Shown here: positions 12,601-25,735 of the stretch, one piece after another | Position numbering within the stretch: the stretch's first letter is position 1 | How the letters are laid out: each line of letters begins with the position of its first letter | From: Podarcis melisellensis | Lineage: Eukaryota | Length of the DNA: 64,000 nt | Reading direction: 5' to 3' (one strand) | NCBI GenBank assembly: GCA_964234715.1 | Contig: OZ174280.1 | Position numbers and translations under genes: made by a program | The notes under the pieces: generated by a model | Databases searched by the model: none | Seen by the model: only the letters and a program-made list of their open reading frames with translations | What the model was told of the DNA's origin: nothing

Positions 12601-15050
12601 CTGGCCATCTTCCATAGCTAGTCTCTAAACTACTGTTACACAGTTTTCATTCAGCAAAAGGTTACCATGCCAAGATAACACTAGGCAGATGTGCCAGTTC
12701 TGCCACTAGTTAATGGGGACCAAAAGGATAATGAAACAGCTATGATCATCCTAGTGATTTGTAGCTGGGGTTGCCTGCATATAAATTGGCATTCAGATCA
12801 TTTGGAGTGGGCAGCGAGTGGCAGCCAGCCAGGAATTCAGCACATGCCCCATGACTCAAGCTTGTGCTTTATCCAAGGCACGGAAGAGTCCAGAGCTCCC
12901 TGCATAATGCACAGCTGACACGTAAACCATGTTCTGCAAATAAAAGAGTCTAAATTCTCTCTGAATTTAAACCTTAAGTTTTAAAGCCTGAAGCCTAGCA
13001 TTGCCAACTAGGCCTTTCTGGTATCTTACAGTCCTGCAAAGTGTGCCTGTTATTTGGGAGAGTCTTAAGGCTACATCCATGTAAAAGCTGTCGAGATTTC
13101 CAAGTTGGAACACTTGTGCATTATCAGAAAATTCCTTGGCAAAACTAGCTACCTTTTTGCCTCAGGTCACAAACATGCCACTAAGCAAAAGTCTAACTAT
13201 GCAGAAAGCACCACCTGTTAGGTCTGGGGGGCAAATCAGGACTGAAACCTCCAGACCATGTAGATTACAGAAAACAGGATGCACAGGGTAAAGTGCATCC
13301 AGTTTTCAAAATCAGCACTCTGTTGATGTGTCCTAATCGTGACAGTGCATCAAAATCCAGAAGATGCAAAGAAAAGCATCCACGTACAAGATGATACAGG
13401 TCAGGAATATGTTCTGGGTGTCTTCTGTATACTTGGTTGTAAGGGAATTCAGAAGTGCCCAGATTACAGGGGTCCAACTTGATAAATTGTACCATTTATC
13501 TTTGTTGAAAAAGAAAAACAAAGCCTAAGTTATTCACCTTGAAAATCCAGAATTCTCTAATAACAATAATAATTTATTATTTTATTGTTTATACCCCGCC
13601 CATCTACTCATAATTAATGAAGCTAGTTTGAGTGTGTTTAGCAAATTCATATACATTAACCTGACCAACAAGCCTTGGAATTTTAATTTCACAGAATTTT
13701 GGGAGTGCATTGGCAAAGACTGGCTTGTGTGATAGTTGGAAATGAGAAACTTGTTGGTTCTGAAACAAAACCTGATTGTGTGTCAAGATCTGAGATTCCC
13801 TGCTATGCCAAGAGAAACATAGGGCACACATAGGGGTGTTTTCAATGCTAGTCCTACTCACAGTAGACCCTCTAAAGATAATGGACTTAAGTTCATTAGT
13901 TTCAATGGGTCTACTCTAAGTAGGACCAGCATTGACTATGAAGCCAGTGCAAACCACCTGGATCTTCTGTAGGCATATTTGTGACCTTTTACACTAGGGT
14001 AAAAGGGCTTTCCTGAGGGCAAATCCGCCCCCCCAACCCATGCTTGACTCAAAACAGCATGTCTTCACAACTGATAGAGAGCGACATGACAATCAGATCA
14101 TTTATTTCAAAACAGCACATTCTCTATATGCATTAGTTTGTTTCCTTAATCATTTCACACTTGAGCTGTTTCTTTTGCTCCCTGTACGGCTGCTGCTGGG
14201 TGGTGAGTCACCGGAGAAGGTAGCACGTTTCCTGCTAATTGGAGGAGATATCCAAATTAACAGAAAGAGTATTCTCAGACTGCATTCCCATCTTGAGGCA
14301 TGATTATTCTGTTGGGCTGGTGGTTGCAGTGCAAGTCAGGCCTACTCAATAATGTGGAGTGGGATTACACCAGGACTACACCAAAGTATGCCTCTCAAAG
14401 CCTTCTAAAAACAATAAACAACAGTGGAATCCTAAACTGGCTTCCTCAAATCTACTCAATGGGGTGTACTCCCTCCTAGGTGTGCTTTGCACTGCAACTT
14501 AAGTATGTCATCCCAAAAGGCAAGGGTGCTGGGCCCCTGTAATTTGAGCACTCCTGAATTCCCTTACAGCAGGAATGTAGAACATGGGCCCCTGCAGATG
14601 TTGCTGGACCACAACTCCCATCTCCCCTGATGAGAGGGGGAAGGCTTACAAGGAAGAGTTTTGTGCTCAAGAGTTGTATATAACAAAAGGGCTCACATGC
14701 TCGCCGCTCCTCCTCCTCTTCTTTCTACCTGCCCCCCTCTCCCACAACCAGTCATCATGGTGTAGCACAATTGAGGAAGGGTGCTAATGTCCTTCATCAG
14801 AAAATCAGGCATTAGGGGGACCAGAAAAACCGACAGGGGGCCTTCGGAGTGCTGAGTGCTGCCACCACTTTGCTGTGATGGCAAATACTGTTTAAAGCAG
14901 GAATGGGGAACTGGTGGCCTTCTAGCTTTTGTTAAACTCCAACCCCCATTACATGCAGCCAACAGGGTTGTTGGTCAGGGATGACGAGAGTTGTAGTACA
15001 ACGAGGCCTGGAAGGCCACAGGTTCTCCCAACCCCTGGGTTGCAGTTTAA

Positions 15051-15286
15051 CAGCCAGTGTGGTGTAGTGGTTAAGAGCGGTAGACTCATAATCTGGGGAA
15101 CTGGGTTTGCGTCTCCGCTCCTCCACATGCAGCTGCTGGGTGACCTTGGGCTAGTTACACTTCTCTGAAGTCTCTCAGCCTCACTCACCTCACAGCGTGT
15201 TTGTTGTGGGGGAGGAAGGGAAAGGAGAATGTTAGCCGCTTTGAGACTCCTTCGGGTAGTGATAAAGCAGGATATCAAATCCAAAC
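15051..15286 (+). mobile_element. tRNA-derived SINE with LINE-like tail
   Basis: A-box TGGTGTAGTGG, B-box-like GGGTTTGCGTCTCC, GGGTGACCTTGGGCTAG core; family not assigned. Confidence 0.75.
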
Positions 15287-16280
15287 AGTGAAACTTTTGA
15301 ACAGTTTTTGCCACCATAGCAAAATGGCCTATGGTGTGTCTAGGCTTCAAGTTGTTCTATGGCTGGCAGCAGGCCCTTGCTTGTTCTGCCACCCTCGGAC
15401 TCCACCTCCTTATCCAAAAAGCTCAGCTAGCTCAGCTTGCCACATGGCAGGAACAACCCTATGAAGCTGCCATGGATCTCTCTCTCTGTGTGTGTATGTG
15501 TCTAAGCCTGGAGAAGACAGCTCATAACATTCCCCTTCAAGGAACAAAGATGCCTTTGAAATACAGAGAACCAGAGAGAAATATCAGGCTTTAGGAATCC
15601 AGTTTCTTATTTTTAAATCCTCTCTTCCTAACAAGCATCCAAACAGATCTTTAAGATGGGGTTTTTGCCAGCAGACTTTTAAAAATCATTTGAATCTCAT
15701 TGACACAAATTTGCACATTCCCCAGGGCTTGATGGTGGGTTGTGGGGAGAAGAAGAGAAGCAGCAAACCTGCTCCTGTTTGCTGTCCTGTTTTCTCAACC
15801 TTAACTAGGATTCCATTCACACTGAAATGCTCTGAGCCCACCAAAGCCAAGTATTCCATGCAAGGGGCTTTATTACTGCTTCACAGTCCCTCTATATAAA
15901 GTGGTCATGAATATGAAAATCAGGATTAACAGCTTCCTTCCTTGAAAGCCTGGGAGATACTCAAGAAACTATGATTAACTGGAAATCCTCCAAGTAGCAC
16001 AAATCTGACCACACTTGGAAGGGCTGACATCCCACTTCTGCTTCCTTCCTCCTTTGTGCCTCATACGTCATACACAGCTTTCACGTAAAATGTGGGCTGC
16101 CTCTTCCTTTTTGCCCCTCTACCCATTCTTCCCCCCACTCAGAGGAGTGCTCCTAGTAAGTTGATCCACTTAAACAATTGTTCGGTGTCTTAGTTACATT
16201 TAAAAAAAAAAAGCCAAACTAAGTCAGTGGGGGATTTTAAATTGAAAAACTGCTCTGGGGATGGGGTAGGAAGTGGACAA

Positions 16281-16475
16281 GGCACAGCTGCAGCTGAATG
16301 ATAGACCATCTGCTTAGCAGAAAGAAGGTTTCCAAATTCAATCGCCAGCATCTCCAAATAGGGTTAGGAAAGACTCCTGCCTGAGACTTTGGAGAGCTGC
16401 TGCCAGTCCGTGTAGACAGCATAGAGCTAGATGGACTAATGGCCCCGCTCGGTATAAAACAGCTTCCTATGTTCT
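16281..16475 (+). mobile_element. Squam3-like tRNA SINE
   Basis: GGAGAGCTGCTGCCAGTC...GAGCTAGATGGAC...CAGCTTCCTATGTTC; more decayed copies near 8720/9470, 17260, 18840, 33170, 55570. Confidence 0.7.
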
Positions 16476-16478
16476 TCC

Positions 16479-16567
16479 CATAGCTGTCAACTTTTCGCTT
16501 TTCTTGCGAGGAATCCTATTCGGAATAAGGGAATTTCCTTTAAAAAAAGGAAATGTTGACAGCTATG
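16479..16567. mobile_element. 89-bp hAT-type MITE, same TIR as 32341-32911
   Basis: TIR CATAGCTGTCAAC, perfect TSD GTTCTTCC. Confidence 0.9.
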
Positions 16568-16740
16568 GTTCTTCCTGTTACATCTCAAATCACCAGCCAA
16601 TCATCAGTGTGCACAGTTGCTCCTGCTGGAAACTAGAAAAACTGTTCCTTTCCCGCCTAGACACTTGTAGGGCCCTAAGTTCTCCATCCCTGATCTAAGC
16701 AGAAGGAGCTTCAAACAGATCCAAGGGGAAATGGGCTTAC

Positions 16741-16881
16741 CTTGTCCAGGATGTATTTGTTGAGATATGGCATGTACCCTTGACTTGATACTGGCCCATC
16801 GTCATCATCCTTGAAGTGTTCCTCCAGTGCCACAGGATCATGAGGGATGCACAGCACGGTGTACAGGTTGTGAGAGAGCAC
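16741..16881 (-). CDS. DEF6: DEF6 exon 2 ([47 protein letters not shown])
   Basis: Acceptor ctcag|, donor |gtaagc; 141 bp, phase 0-0; missed as a separate ORF by the track. Confidence 0.95.
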
Positions 16882-17608
16882 CTGAGAGAGTGGAGGGAAG
16901 ACAGGCCATCAGGACAAGACAGAACCAAATTAGACACAATGAGGGTAGACATATTTTTCCCCCCTCACATCTGCCTTATTGACATAACAAGTAGGGAATG
17001 GAGTGGGGAAGGGTTCAGCCTCCCTCACCCACACACCTCTACTGATGCCCCATGTCATGTGTCTGCATTTGCTGATGTTTAAGCCAAAGACATGGGACCT
17101 TGGCAGTGTGGGACCTTGGCAGCCAAAACTATGGTCCCATGATAATTTAAAAAATAAAACAGTCTGGCTTAGGGCATTTGATATGTGACACTTCAAGGAT
17201 TAAACTATTTAGCTGCTAAGCAATAGGATGAAAAGTGGGGGTGAGCAGCACCATAGCCAAGATGCTCTGCGGATTCAATCCCCAGCATCTTCAGGTAGAA
17301 CTGGAAAAAGACTCTTGTCTGAAAACCTAGAAACTTGGTGTAAGGCAATTTCCTATGTTCCTATAAAATAATATCCAACACTTTAAAGTTTAAAGGCATC
17401 CCAGAATACACTTCTGACTCACACCCTGAAATTACCCTCAAATAGAAAGAAGGAAACTATTCTGCAAATAAATGGTGGGTGTAGGGATTTATTAACCCAA
17501 TCAAACTTTCAACCAAATAATAAATACATTGCTTGGAAGAAAATCCCACATGCTGTCAATAAAACCTACTGTCAAGGAAGTGTGCCTAGGACACTTTTCC
17601 ATATGATT

Positions 17609-17686
17609 GTTGTTGTTGTTGTTTAGTCGTTTAGTTGTGTCCGACTCTTCGTGACCCCATGGACCAGAGCACGCCAGGCACTTCTG
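17609..17686 (-). mobile_element. 78-bp 3' end of an RTE/BovB-type retroelement with (CAA)n tail and 11-bp TSD
   Basis: TSD TCCATATGATT at 17598-17608 and 17687-17697; GAGTCGGACACAACTAAACGACTAAAC(AAC)n on minus strand. Confidence 0.8.
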
Positions 17687-20600
17687 TCCATATGATTATT
17701 AGATTCAAAAGGGGGTGTGGCTGTGTGCCTTAAATTTTTGTGGAAAGGAGATTACTAGGAAGGGCAGCTTCTTCTACCTTTGCTGTATTGGATTGCCAGC
17801 TTCCCACCCCACCCCCTGCCCCCACCCCCATAGGTCTCATGTGCCTTTAATAGTTACATGACAGGCAGAGATTCAACAGCTCAGAATTGTACCATCCATC
17901 GCTAGTAGCTTCGTGTTGGAAAAAGCTTCAGCTGTTAAGTTTCAGCTCTCATCCAGCTGTTTGTGCATAGGAGCTCTGCAAGGGGCAAAGGGGTGGGGAA
18001 GTTGGCAACCCTACAGCAGCACTATAATGAAAGAGAAACTGCCTGCTGAGAAAATCCCTTCAGTGCAAATATTAAGAGAAGGGGACCTTGTCCTGCATTG
18101 AATGTCTCATCCCTGATTTTCCATCCCCATAACCAAAAAATAGAGGGCAACTGCTCCCTCCCTCAAAACCAAGCTGTGATTAGCTGGCATCATCTGAAAC
18201 TCACCCTATTCATCTTTCACATTCAACCCAGCATAATGGTGTTTGGTATTGAGTGCTCAGCTATTGGAGGGTAAATAATCTCCGAACAATGTAAAATTCT
18301 CTCCTTTGTCTGAGTGTGTACCACTTCTGGAATTGATATACGTGCTGTTGTAGAACAGATGTCCTGGCTGCACTCCAGGCGGGCAAACTGCTTGCCATAG
18401 GTGACTTGGGCATGGGGACGGGGGGGGGGGGAGACTGGGGAAAGTTTACATAAAAGGCACATTGGGTAATTCCAAAAGACCAGACTGCCAAGGTGAATAA
18501 AGCTTAGTTAGCTGGAAGAGGCTCACTATTGCCAGAAAAATGGCTGCTATCTGCTGCAGTGTCTGCCTGAGAGCCTAGCCAGATATATGTGAAAGGATCT
18601 CCCAACAGTCATTTTCTTTACTTAAAAAGCAACAGCAGAAAGATCCCAAATTGGATCAAGGCCATCGTGTTGGCAGAGGGGAATAGTAGCAACAGCGATG
18701 TCTATGTTCTGCTTTTCTTTGAGTTTATTTATAAAGCAGATAACATACAAATTAAACATAATAAAATATCAAATATAAACAAAGTAAAAGCATAAACAAA
18801 ATAAACAGAAGGAACTGGGAGCGTGTGACTTCAGGAAGACAGGAAACGGCTTTATACTGAGCCTGACTAAGTGGTCCATCTCAGTATGTCTACAGACCAG
18901 TTGCAGGTCTCCAGGTTTTCAGGGACAGGGAGTCTCTCCCAGCCCTAGGTGGAGATGCTGAGGATATAATTTGAGGTATGGCCTTTCCCCTGCATTGTAT
19001 CACTCAAAGGCTGAAATCTTAACCTCACTTACTTGGGAGTAAGCCCCACTGAATTCAATGGGACCAACTTCTGAGTAGACATGGTTAGGCTTCAAGAAAC
19101 CCGCTGAAATTTCTCCTTTAGTCTCAGTCTTCTCTGAGTATGATATAGTTAGATATTTCCATAGGCAGCAACCAGCAACCCCTGGAAAGTTAACTGGCTG
19201 ACTAGTTTTACTACTTTTAGATTATGTTAGCTATGTTTTATATTGCATTTGTAGATACTCTGGTTTTGCCACAACAGGTTAAGTTAGCCACTTCTCTGAG
19301 AGGCTACTTTAGCCACTTCTGGAACTGAGAGGGTACTCCCCTTCCTGACAACCAAATTTTAGCTTTCTAGGTCCATGCATAACCCCAAACATCCCAGTCA
19401 TGAGAAAAGTCTGAAAGCAAGGGGGGGGGGAGGGAGTAGGAGACAGAAAATCAAGTCCTCTAGAGAAAGGTGAGAAGATGAGTAAGTATCACCTCTGCAG
19501 TTATGTTGGGCTCTGCCAAAACCTGTCTGCAGTATCAAACTAGATGTGACATGGGAGCTCCATATTTGGAGCTTCTTTCTCAAAAAGCAGCTGTGGGAGG
19601 AGGGGGGGTTCGGATTAGGGCCACAGTGCAGACGAAGGATGCCACAGCCTCCATCCATTATCACGCCCTCCCCCAAAGGTGCTATTGGCCACAAGGGTGA
19701 GTGGAAACTTATGGGTTTAAGGGCTTAAATTAGAATTACAGTCCATTCATGCTATACTCTCTTAACTATCTTAAGTGGAAACTGTTAGAGGGCACATCCT
19801 ATCTGCTTTCCTTAACATTCATCTCTAAGAGGTAGGTTTGAGTGAGCTGCTGTCTGGCCACTTCAAGTAACCTTTCCCTGTGTACTCTAAAATGCCCTGT
19901 GGACAGTGTTTAATCTTGCTTTAAACCCAAAATTATTTAACCTATTTCACTAATTAATTTTAAAGTTGATCTACTACTCTAATCATATTCTCCCTCAAGG
20001 CAGCTTAGAAGAAAACGCATTAAAAATTACATTTGCAAATCACCTACAGCACAACCATTAACTGCATTTATTTACTGTAAAGGTTTAATGGGCTGCTATT
20101 TAACCGAGCCAATCACTGTTGTTGAAAAAGCTTGTGAACAAGCTCAAGGACACTCTCATACCATATGAGCTAATGCTTAAGCAAAGTCCATTTATATACC
20201 TTCCATAAACTTTTCTCCCTATCGCATGTGACTTAGGCAGAACTGTGCTCTGTAGGTTCAGAGCTGGCGCCTAAATACCTATGGTAAGATCAAACTGAAG
20301 GTGTGTCTTGCTTGGCATCCTGTTTCCCCACAGTGGTCAATCAGGTACCTATTAGTGGCTGGGGCCCATTGGGCCTGGAAGGGTGAAAGATCCAACAACA
20401 GGTAGAGGCAGAGGCAATGACAGGCAGAGCCAGCTAATTCTAGGTTTGTCCCCATCCTCCTTTCTGCTGAGTTCTACAAGGGCAACATTAGAGTCTAAGA
20501 AGGAGGGCTCTGACAGGCAGTGCCACCTCTGGACTAGTTGTAATTAAGGAGGTCAGCAAGTGAAGATTGGCTGTGAGTGGACTGAAGTGAGTGGGGAAGT

Positions 20601-23243
20601 GAACCATTCACCTTAATGAACTAGCCTCCACTGCAGACACCTACGGAAAGACCACAAGCAAAACACAAGGGCAATATTCTTTCACCACTGTTGCTCCCTA
20701 GCAACTGCTATTCAGAGACAGATCACATCATATATAGCCACCATGATCAGTAGTCATAGCATTATCTGAAGGCAGCCCTGTATTGTGAAGTTTTTAGTGT
20801 TTGATGTTTTACTATGTTTTTATATTTTTAAATTGGGGAAACCTAGCCAGATGGGTAATAATTCTCTATGAATGTTGCTGTCTGAGATAGGGCAGCAAAT
20901 GGGTCTCTCTCCCTGCACCACCACCTGCAAAAATTGTCAAGATGCATTGCACCCAAGATCAACCAAGTTATTTTGGCACCTAAGGCAAAATAAATAAATA
21001 AAAATCCTACAAGCACCTGTCCTTTCCCCTCTCAGCAAACAAATCTTAAAAACAACAAATTTAACTATCTGCTACCTTTCTACAGCACCAAGCCAGCATG
21101 CCCTTTTGAAAGTGCAAAAAGGAGACAAAGTACTGGAACTTACCAAATCTAGTTTCTTCATCCACTCTTAAAATGCAAGCAACAAATAAAAGATATGAAA
21201 TAAAGACTTTAGCATCAGCCAAATCATACAACTGTGGTTCGATGACTCAGCATTTCTGCTGCTAAATATGTTCATGCAAATTCAAACAATGGCCTACAGA
21301 AAACAGAGGCCGGAGTGGGGGCAATCAAGGAGTGGGGGCAATCAAGGACTTCTTCGTAGAGATAGAAGAGGCATTCCATTTGGTTAATGTGTGAAGGGGC
21401 AGCGTGGGCTTGTTGTTATTGGCCATGCCTTGTTGGCTGTGCATAATTTGGGGAACTAAGCAGCGGTGTAGCCAGCTGCTTGGACACCTGGGGCGGTGTG
21501 TGCCCTGCACCCAAGGGTGGGGCAAGCCACCAACAGGGCGGGGTGAGCCAGGGCAGGACACGCTGCGCAGATCCTCCAAGGAGTCTGCCCACTGCCTCCC
21601 CCTCAGCCATAGGGTGGCTGAAGGGGAGGCAGCAGGCACATGCACACCCCATGCTGCCATTTCAGGCAGTGCAGAGCTTGCATGTGCGATGGCGTGACAG
21701 CATTTCCCCCCCTGGTGCATTTGGGCTCGCCCTCACTTAAATATAGCGCACCCACCTCACAGAACACCAATTATCCGAATTCCTACAAACTACCCCAGAT
21801 TATCATGTGGGGGACTTGTGTGAGGGGAAATTTAATAATTTGTCGTCTTAGGCAGGATTTGATCAAATAAACAAGAAATATTTTATTAAACATTGGAAGT
21901 TTATGACACAAAGTGGGTAAAACAAAGGATACTTCAGATTCTAATGTTATTTCACTTCTGCTCTTTCTCAGTTGTTGCACAACTGTTGCCGCTTAATACT
22001 TTGTTTCTTAAACAAGGTGGTACTTCCTGTCAGTTACACACCCCTTTGACAACCCTACTCCTGAGGTACTCCAAGTAACAGACCCAAGGGATCACCACAC
22101 CCCTCTTAACTGGTTTGGAAGTCTTCTCAATGTAGAATAATCTTTCCCATCCTGACTGGAATGAGTCCTAAGTAGACTGTCTTCTCACAGCTTCTACTTC
22201 TCCTGGCTCAGCCTCAGCCTCAGCCTCCCAGTTAATTCCTGGCCTATTACTCTTACAGGACACCACAAACTATCCTTCACACTAAGCTCAGAGACTCCCT
22301 TCTCTAGCTTTTGATATATTCCTCAGAGTGGATGTTTCTACCCAGAACCAACTCTCACTCCCTACCTCCCAACCTAAAAACTGTCTCTCCTTCTCAACTC
22401 TCCCTCCTGGAACCCTGGCCAATCAGAAGCTGCCTTTCATTAACAGTTTGCTGGCAGGGAAAATGGAAAAGAAAACACTTGGTGAACCAACCTGCCCAGC
22501 AAAAACTAACTTTTCCATCACAGCATGCAGCCAACCCACTGCCTCACCCTTATTATTGTTATTGTTTATTAAATTTGCATACCACCCTTCATCGCAGGGC
22601 AGTTCACAACAGAAAAATACAAAATGAGAATACAAAATAAACAATAAAACAAAAACAGAAACCAAGCAACAAACCCCCTCCCACAAACACATTTAAAAAG
22701 CCATAGAATGTTGAAAAGTTTTCGCCTGGCACCTAAAGATATATAATGAAGATGCCAGGCGAGCCTCCCTGGGGAGAGCATTTCACAAATGGGGGGGGGA
22801 CGGGACACAGAAAAGGCCCGTTCTCCTGTTGCCACCCTATAGACCTCTCACATGGAAGAGGCACATGAAGAAGGGCCTCAGTTGCTGATAACACCAGGGC
22901 CTAGAGAGTGCAGGGCAGAAGGTAAGCCAGCTTTATCTGGTTCTGTGGTGCTGCAGGCTGCCTGGCCAGCAAGGAGGCTCAACGCTCACCTCACCAGCCA
23001 GGAAGTGGATCCAAACCTGCCTGCAGATTGGTCAATAGCACACAGGCTTGGAGGCATGGCTCCCTTTGAGGGTGGGCCTGATGGAGCACATAGGCTTCCT
23101 TCAGGTCTGTTCCCAAGGTATTTAAGGCTTCCTGCACAGGCCCCCTGCACTCCACTCAGTTCTTCGTCTGTAGTTTTTTGGTCTGTGTCCAGAAACATGT
23201 GGATGAGCGCTGAGACTCCCCACTTCAAGAAGGGGTAGAGCCT

Positions 23244-23594
23244 GGGTGGAGCTGTGGTTTAAACCACTGAGCCTAGGGCTTGCCGATCGGAAGGTGGGCG
23301 GTTCGAATCCCTATGATGGGGTGAGCTCCCGTTGCTCAGTCTCAGTTCCTGCCAACCTAGCAGTTCGAAAACACGTAAAAGTGCAAGTAGATAAATAGGT
23401 ACCGCTCCGGTGGGAAGGTAAACGGTGTTTCCATGCACTGCTCTGGTTTCACCAGAAGCGGCTTGGTCATGCTAGCCACATGACCTGGAAAAACTGTCTG
23501 CGGACAAACGTCGGCTCCCTCAGCCAGTAAAGCGAGATGAGCATCAGAACCCCAGAGTCATTCGTGATGGGACTTAACTGTCAGGGGTCCTTTA
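23244..23594 (+). mobile_element. Near full-length Sauria SINE
   Basis: A/B boxes (GGTTCGAATCC), CCTAGCAGTTCGAAA core, GGGGTCCTTTA end. Confidence 0.85.
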
Positions 23595-25499
23595 GGGCCT
23601 GGGAAGGGGAGCAAGCTCTTTGCTTGAAGCTACCCAGGGTCCTGAAACACTCATCTGACCCTACCTGCCACCTGCATGGCTAAGCTACCTGCTGATATCT
23701 GTAGACTCTGCTTGCTGTCAGGACACTGTATGTACATGGCTCCTCCATTGGTTGGGAGACTTTGCTGATCAGGGATCACAGTAACTTGGAGGACATATAG
23801 CTCTACACATTTAGGGCCTTCTTCTCAATAATGTCTAATGCTGTGGGCCCCTGAGATTCCTGCCCACCACAGGAACTTGAAAGCACAGTACAAGCCCATC
23901 AGGGAAGGTGTGGGGGAGGCTCAATGTGCGTGCCTACTTGTCTGAACATTTCCCCTTATCAGTCTGTGAATAAAATTTAAAAAGCTATAGCAAAGGTGGC
24001 TAATATTTTTTGGTCTGACAGCCACATTCACTCTTAACTAGACCCCACATGCTAGTGGTGCATGTGGCCATTTCACACTCTCTCATACATACATGCGCAC
24101 AAACATGGAGATATGTACAAAGGCATGCAGCTACCCTGCCTCAGTTATTATCTGTGGAGATTAAATCGATGAAGGATTAATCCCGCTCAGATAATCAATC
24201 TCAGATAATCCATTTGATAACCAGTGAGAGGGGCAATTTGCATTCCAACCAGGGTTTGGGGTGCCATCTATCCAGGCACAATTTCACAGCCCCCCCCCCC
24301 ACCATCATTGCTAAAATCAGTGGCCTCTTGCGGCCACCTAAGGCAGACACAAACTTTAGTAAATGAAAGCTGGAAATTCAGGGCAGAGGTCCAAAATATC
24401 TCTGAGTGAGTCACAGAGGCTAGCAAAGAGAGAAAGAGACAGGGATGGACACATATACCATGGCTACAGCACTAGGCTGGAGTTAGCAAAGGATCAGCTA
24501 CTGACAACGTGCCTTCTTACGTTGACTTTGAATGATCAGGAAGGTTTCCCCCTCTTTGGCCTATTTTTGGCTGCTTTCACACCTAGCAATACACTTCCTT
24601 CTGCTCCCACACACTGACACTCCTGCTTTTATGTGAGTCAACAGTTCAGCCAGTGTCCAAGCCTGCATGGCTAGGCCAGGTGCCTCCAGAGGGATGTGCA
24701 TGGGCCGATTCCAAGGCTGAGTGATGTGCTGGCTGCTAAACATGTACGCATACTTCCCCCTGCCTCTTCTGGCATTCCCAACCCCAGACACAGAGCTGTA
24801 ATCTGGGTTGTGACAACGTCTCCTCTGTATGAGATCACTTGATGGGCTGGAGCGCACAGTGTTCTTTGCTTTAATTCATAGCAGCAGCTGTGCGAGTCCA
24901 GTGCCTCCTGGGTAGGAGACTTGTTGATTACTGGCCTGGCTCAGTAATTAGACATATCCAAATGTGCATTCCTCTTTCACTGTTTTTCCAGTCACATGCC
25001 CTGTCTAAGAACATAAAAGATCCCCTCCAAATCCTTGACTGGGCCCTCTGAGGTTCCTGCTCTTACAGGTAGGTACAGGAATATGCTCAGTGAAATTGTA
25101 ACTCAGTCATGTTCTGTGGGTGCTGCAGATTGGGGCTGAATTCAGTCATGGCAACAAGTCATGGCATATGAACCAGGACTAGCTTAACATGAGAGACAGG
25201 GGTGGCACATACATACTTTACCACCACAATATGGAAGGCAGAAACAAGAGAGAATGAAATGTCAAAAATGCAAGGCATACGAGGAAAGATGGGACACCCC
25301 ATGCTAAAAGTAGGCTGAAAAAGAAAGGTGCAAAAAAAAAAGGAGCTGCTTTAGAACGTGCCAGCCACTATATAGCTCAGGGATGCATCCCTCCAATATG
25401 TTGTTGGACTCATCAGCCCAAAACAGGATGGTCTACCAATGATGATGAGAGTTGTGGACTAGTAGGAGGGTCATAGCCTCCCCATCCCTGATATGGCAA

Positions 25500-25735
25500 C
25501 TGCCAACCTAGCAGTTCGAAAGCATGCCAGTGCAAGTAGATAAATAGGTACTGCTGTGGTGGAAAGGTAAATGGCATTTCCATGAGCTCCAGCACTCGTT
25601 GCGGTGCACCAGAAATGACCCAGAAGCCTGCCTGTGGACAAATGTCAGCTCCCTCGGCCTGAAAGTGAGATGAGCGCCGCAACCCTTAGTTGCCTTTGAC
25701 TGGACTTAACCGTCCAGGGGTCCTTTACCTTTTAC
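25500..25735 (+). mobile_element. Sauria SINE 3' portion
   Basis: Similar to 23350-23594; CCTTTACCTTT tail. Confidence 0.8.

Noticed and set aside
21312-21345. 17-bp tandem duplication GGAGTGGGGGCAATCAA
   Set aside because: Ordinary intronic slippage duplication with no apparent consequence.
23244-23320. tRNA-like A/B boxes (also ~15055 and ~42060-42130)
   Set aside because: These are SINE heads, not tRNA genes; they continue into SINE bodies.
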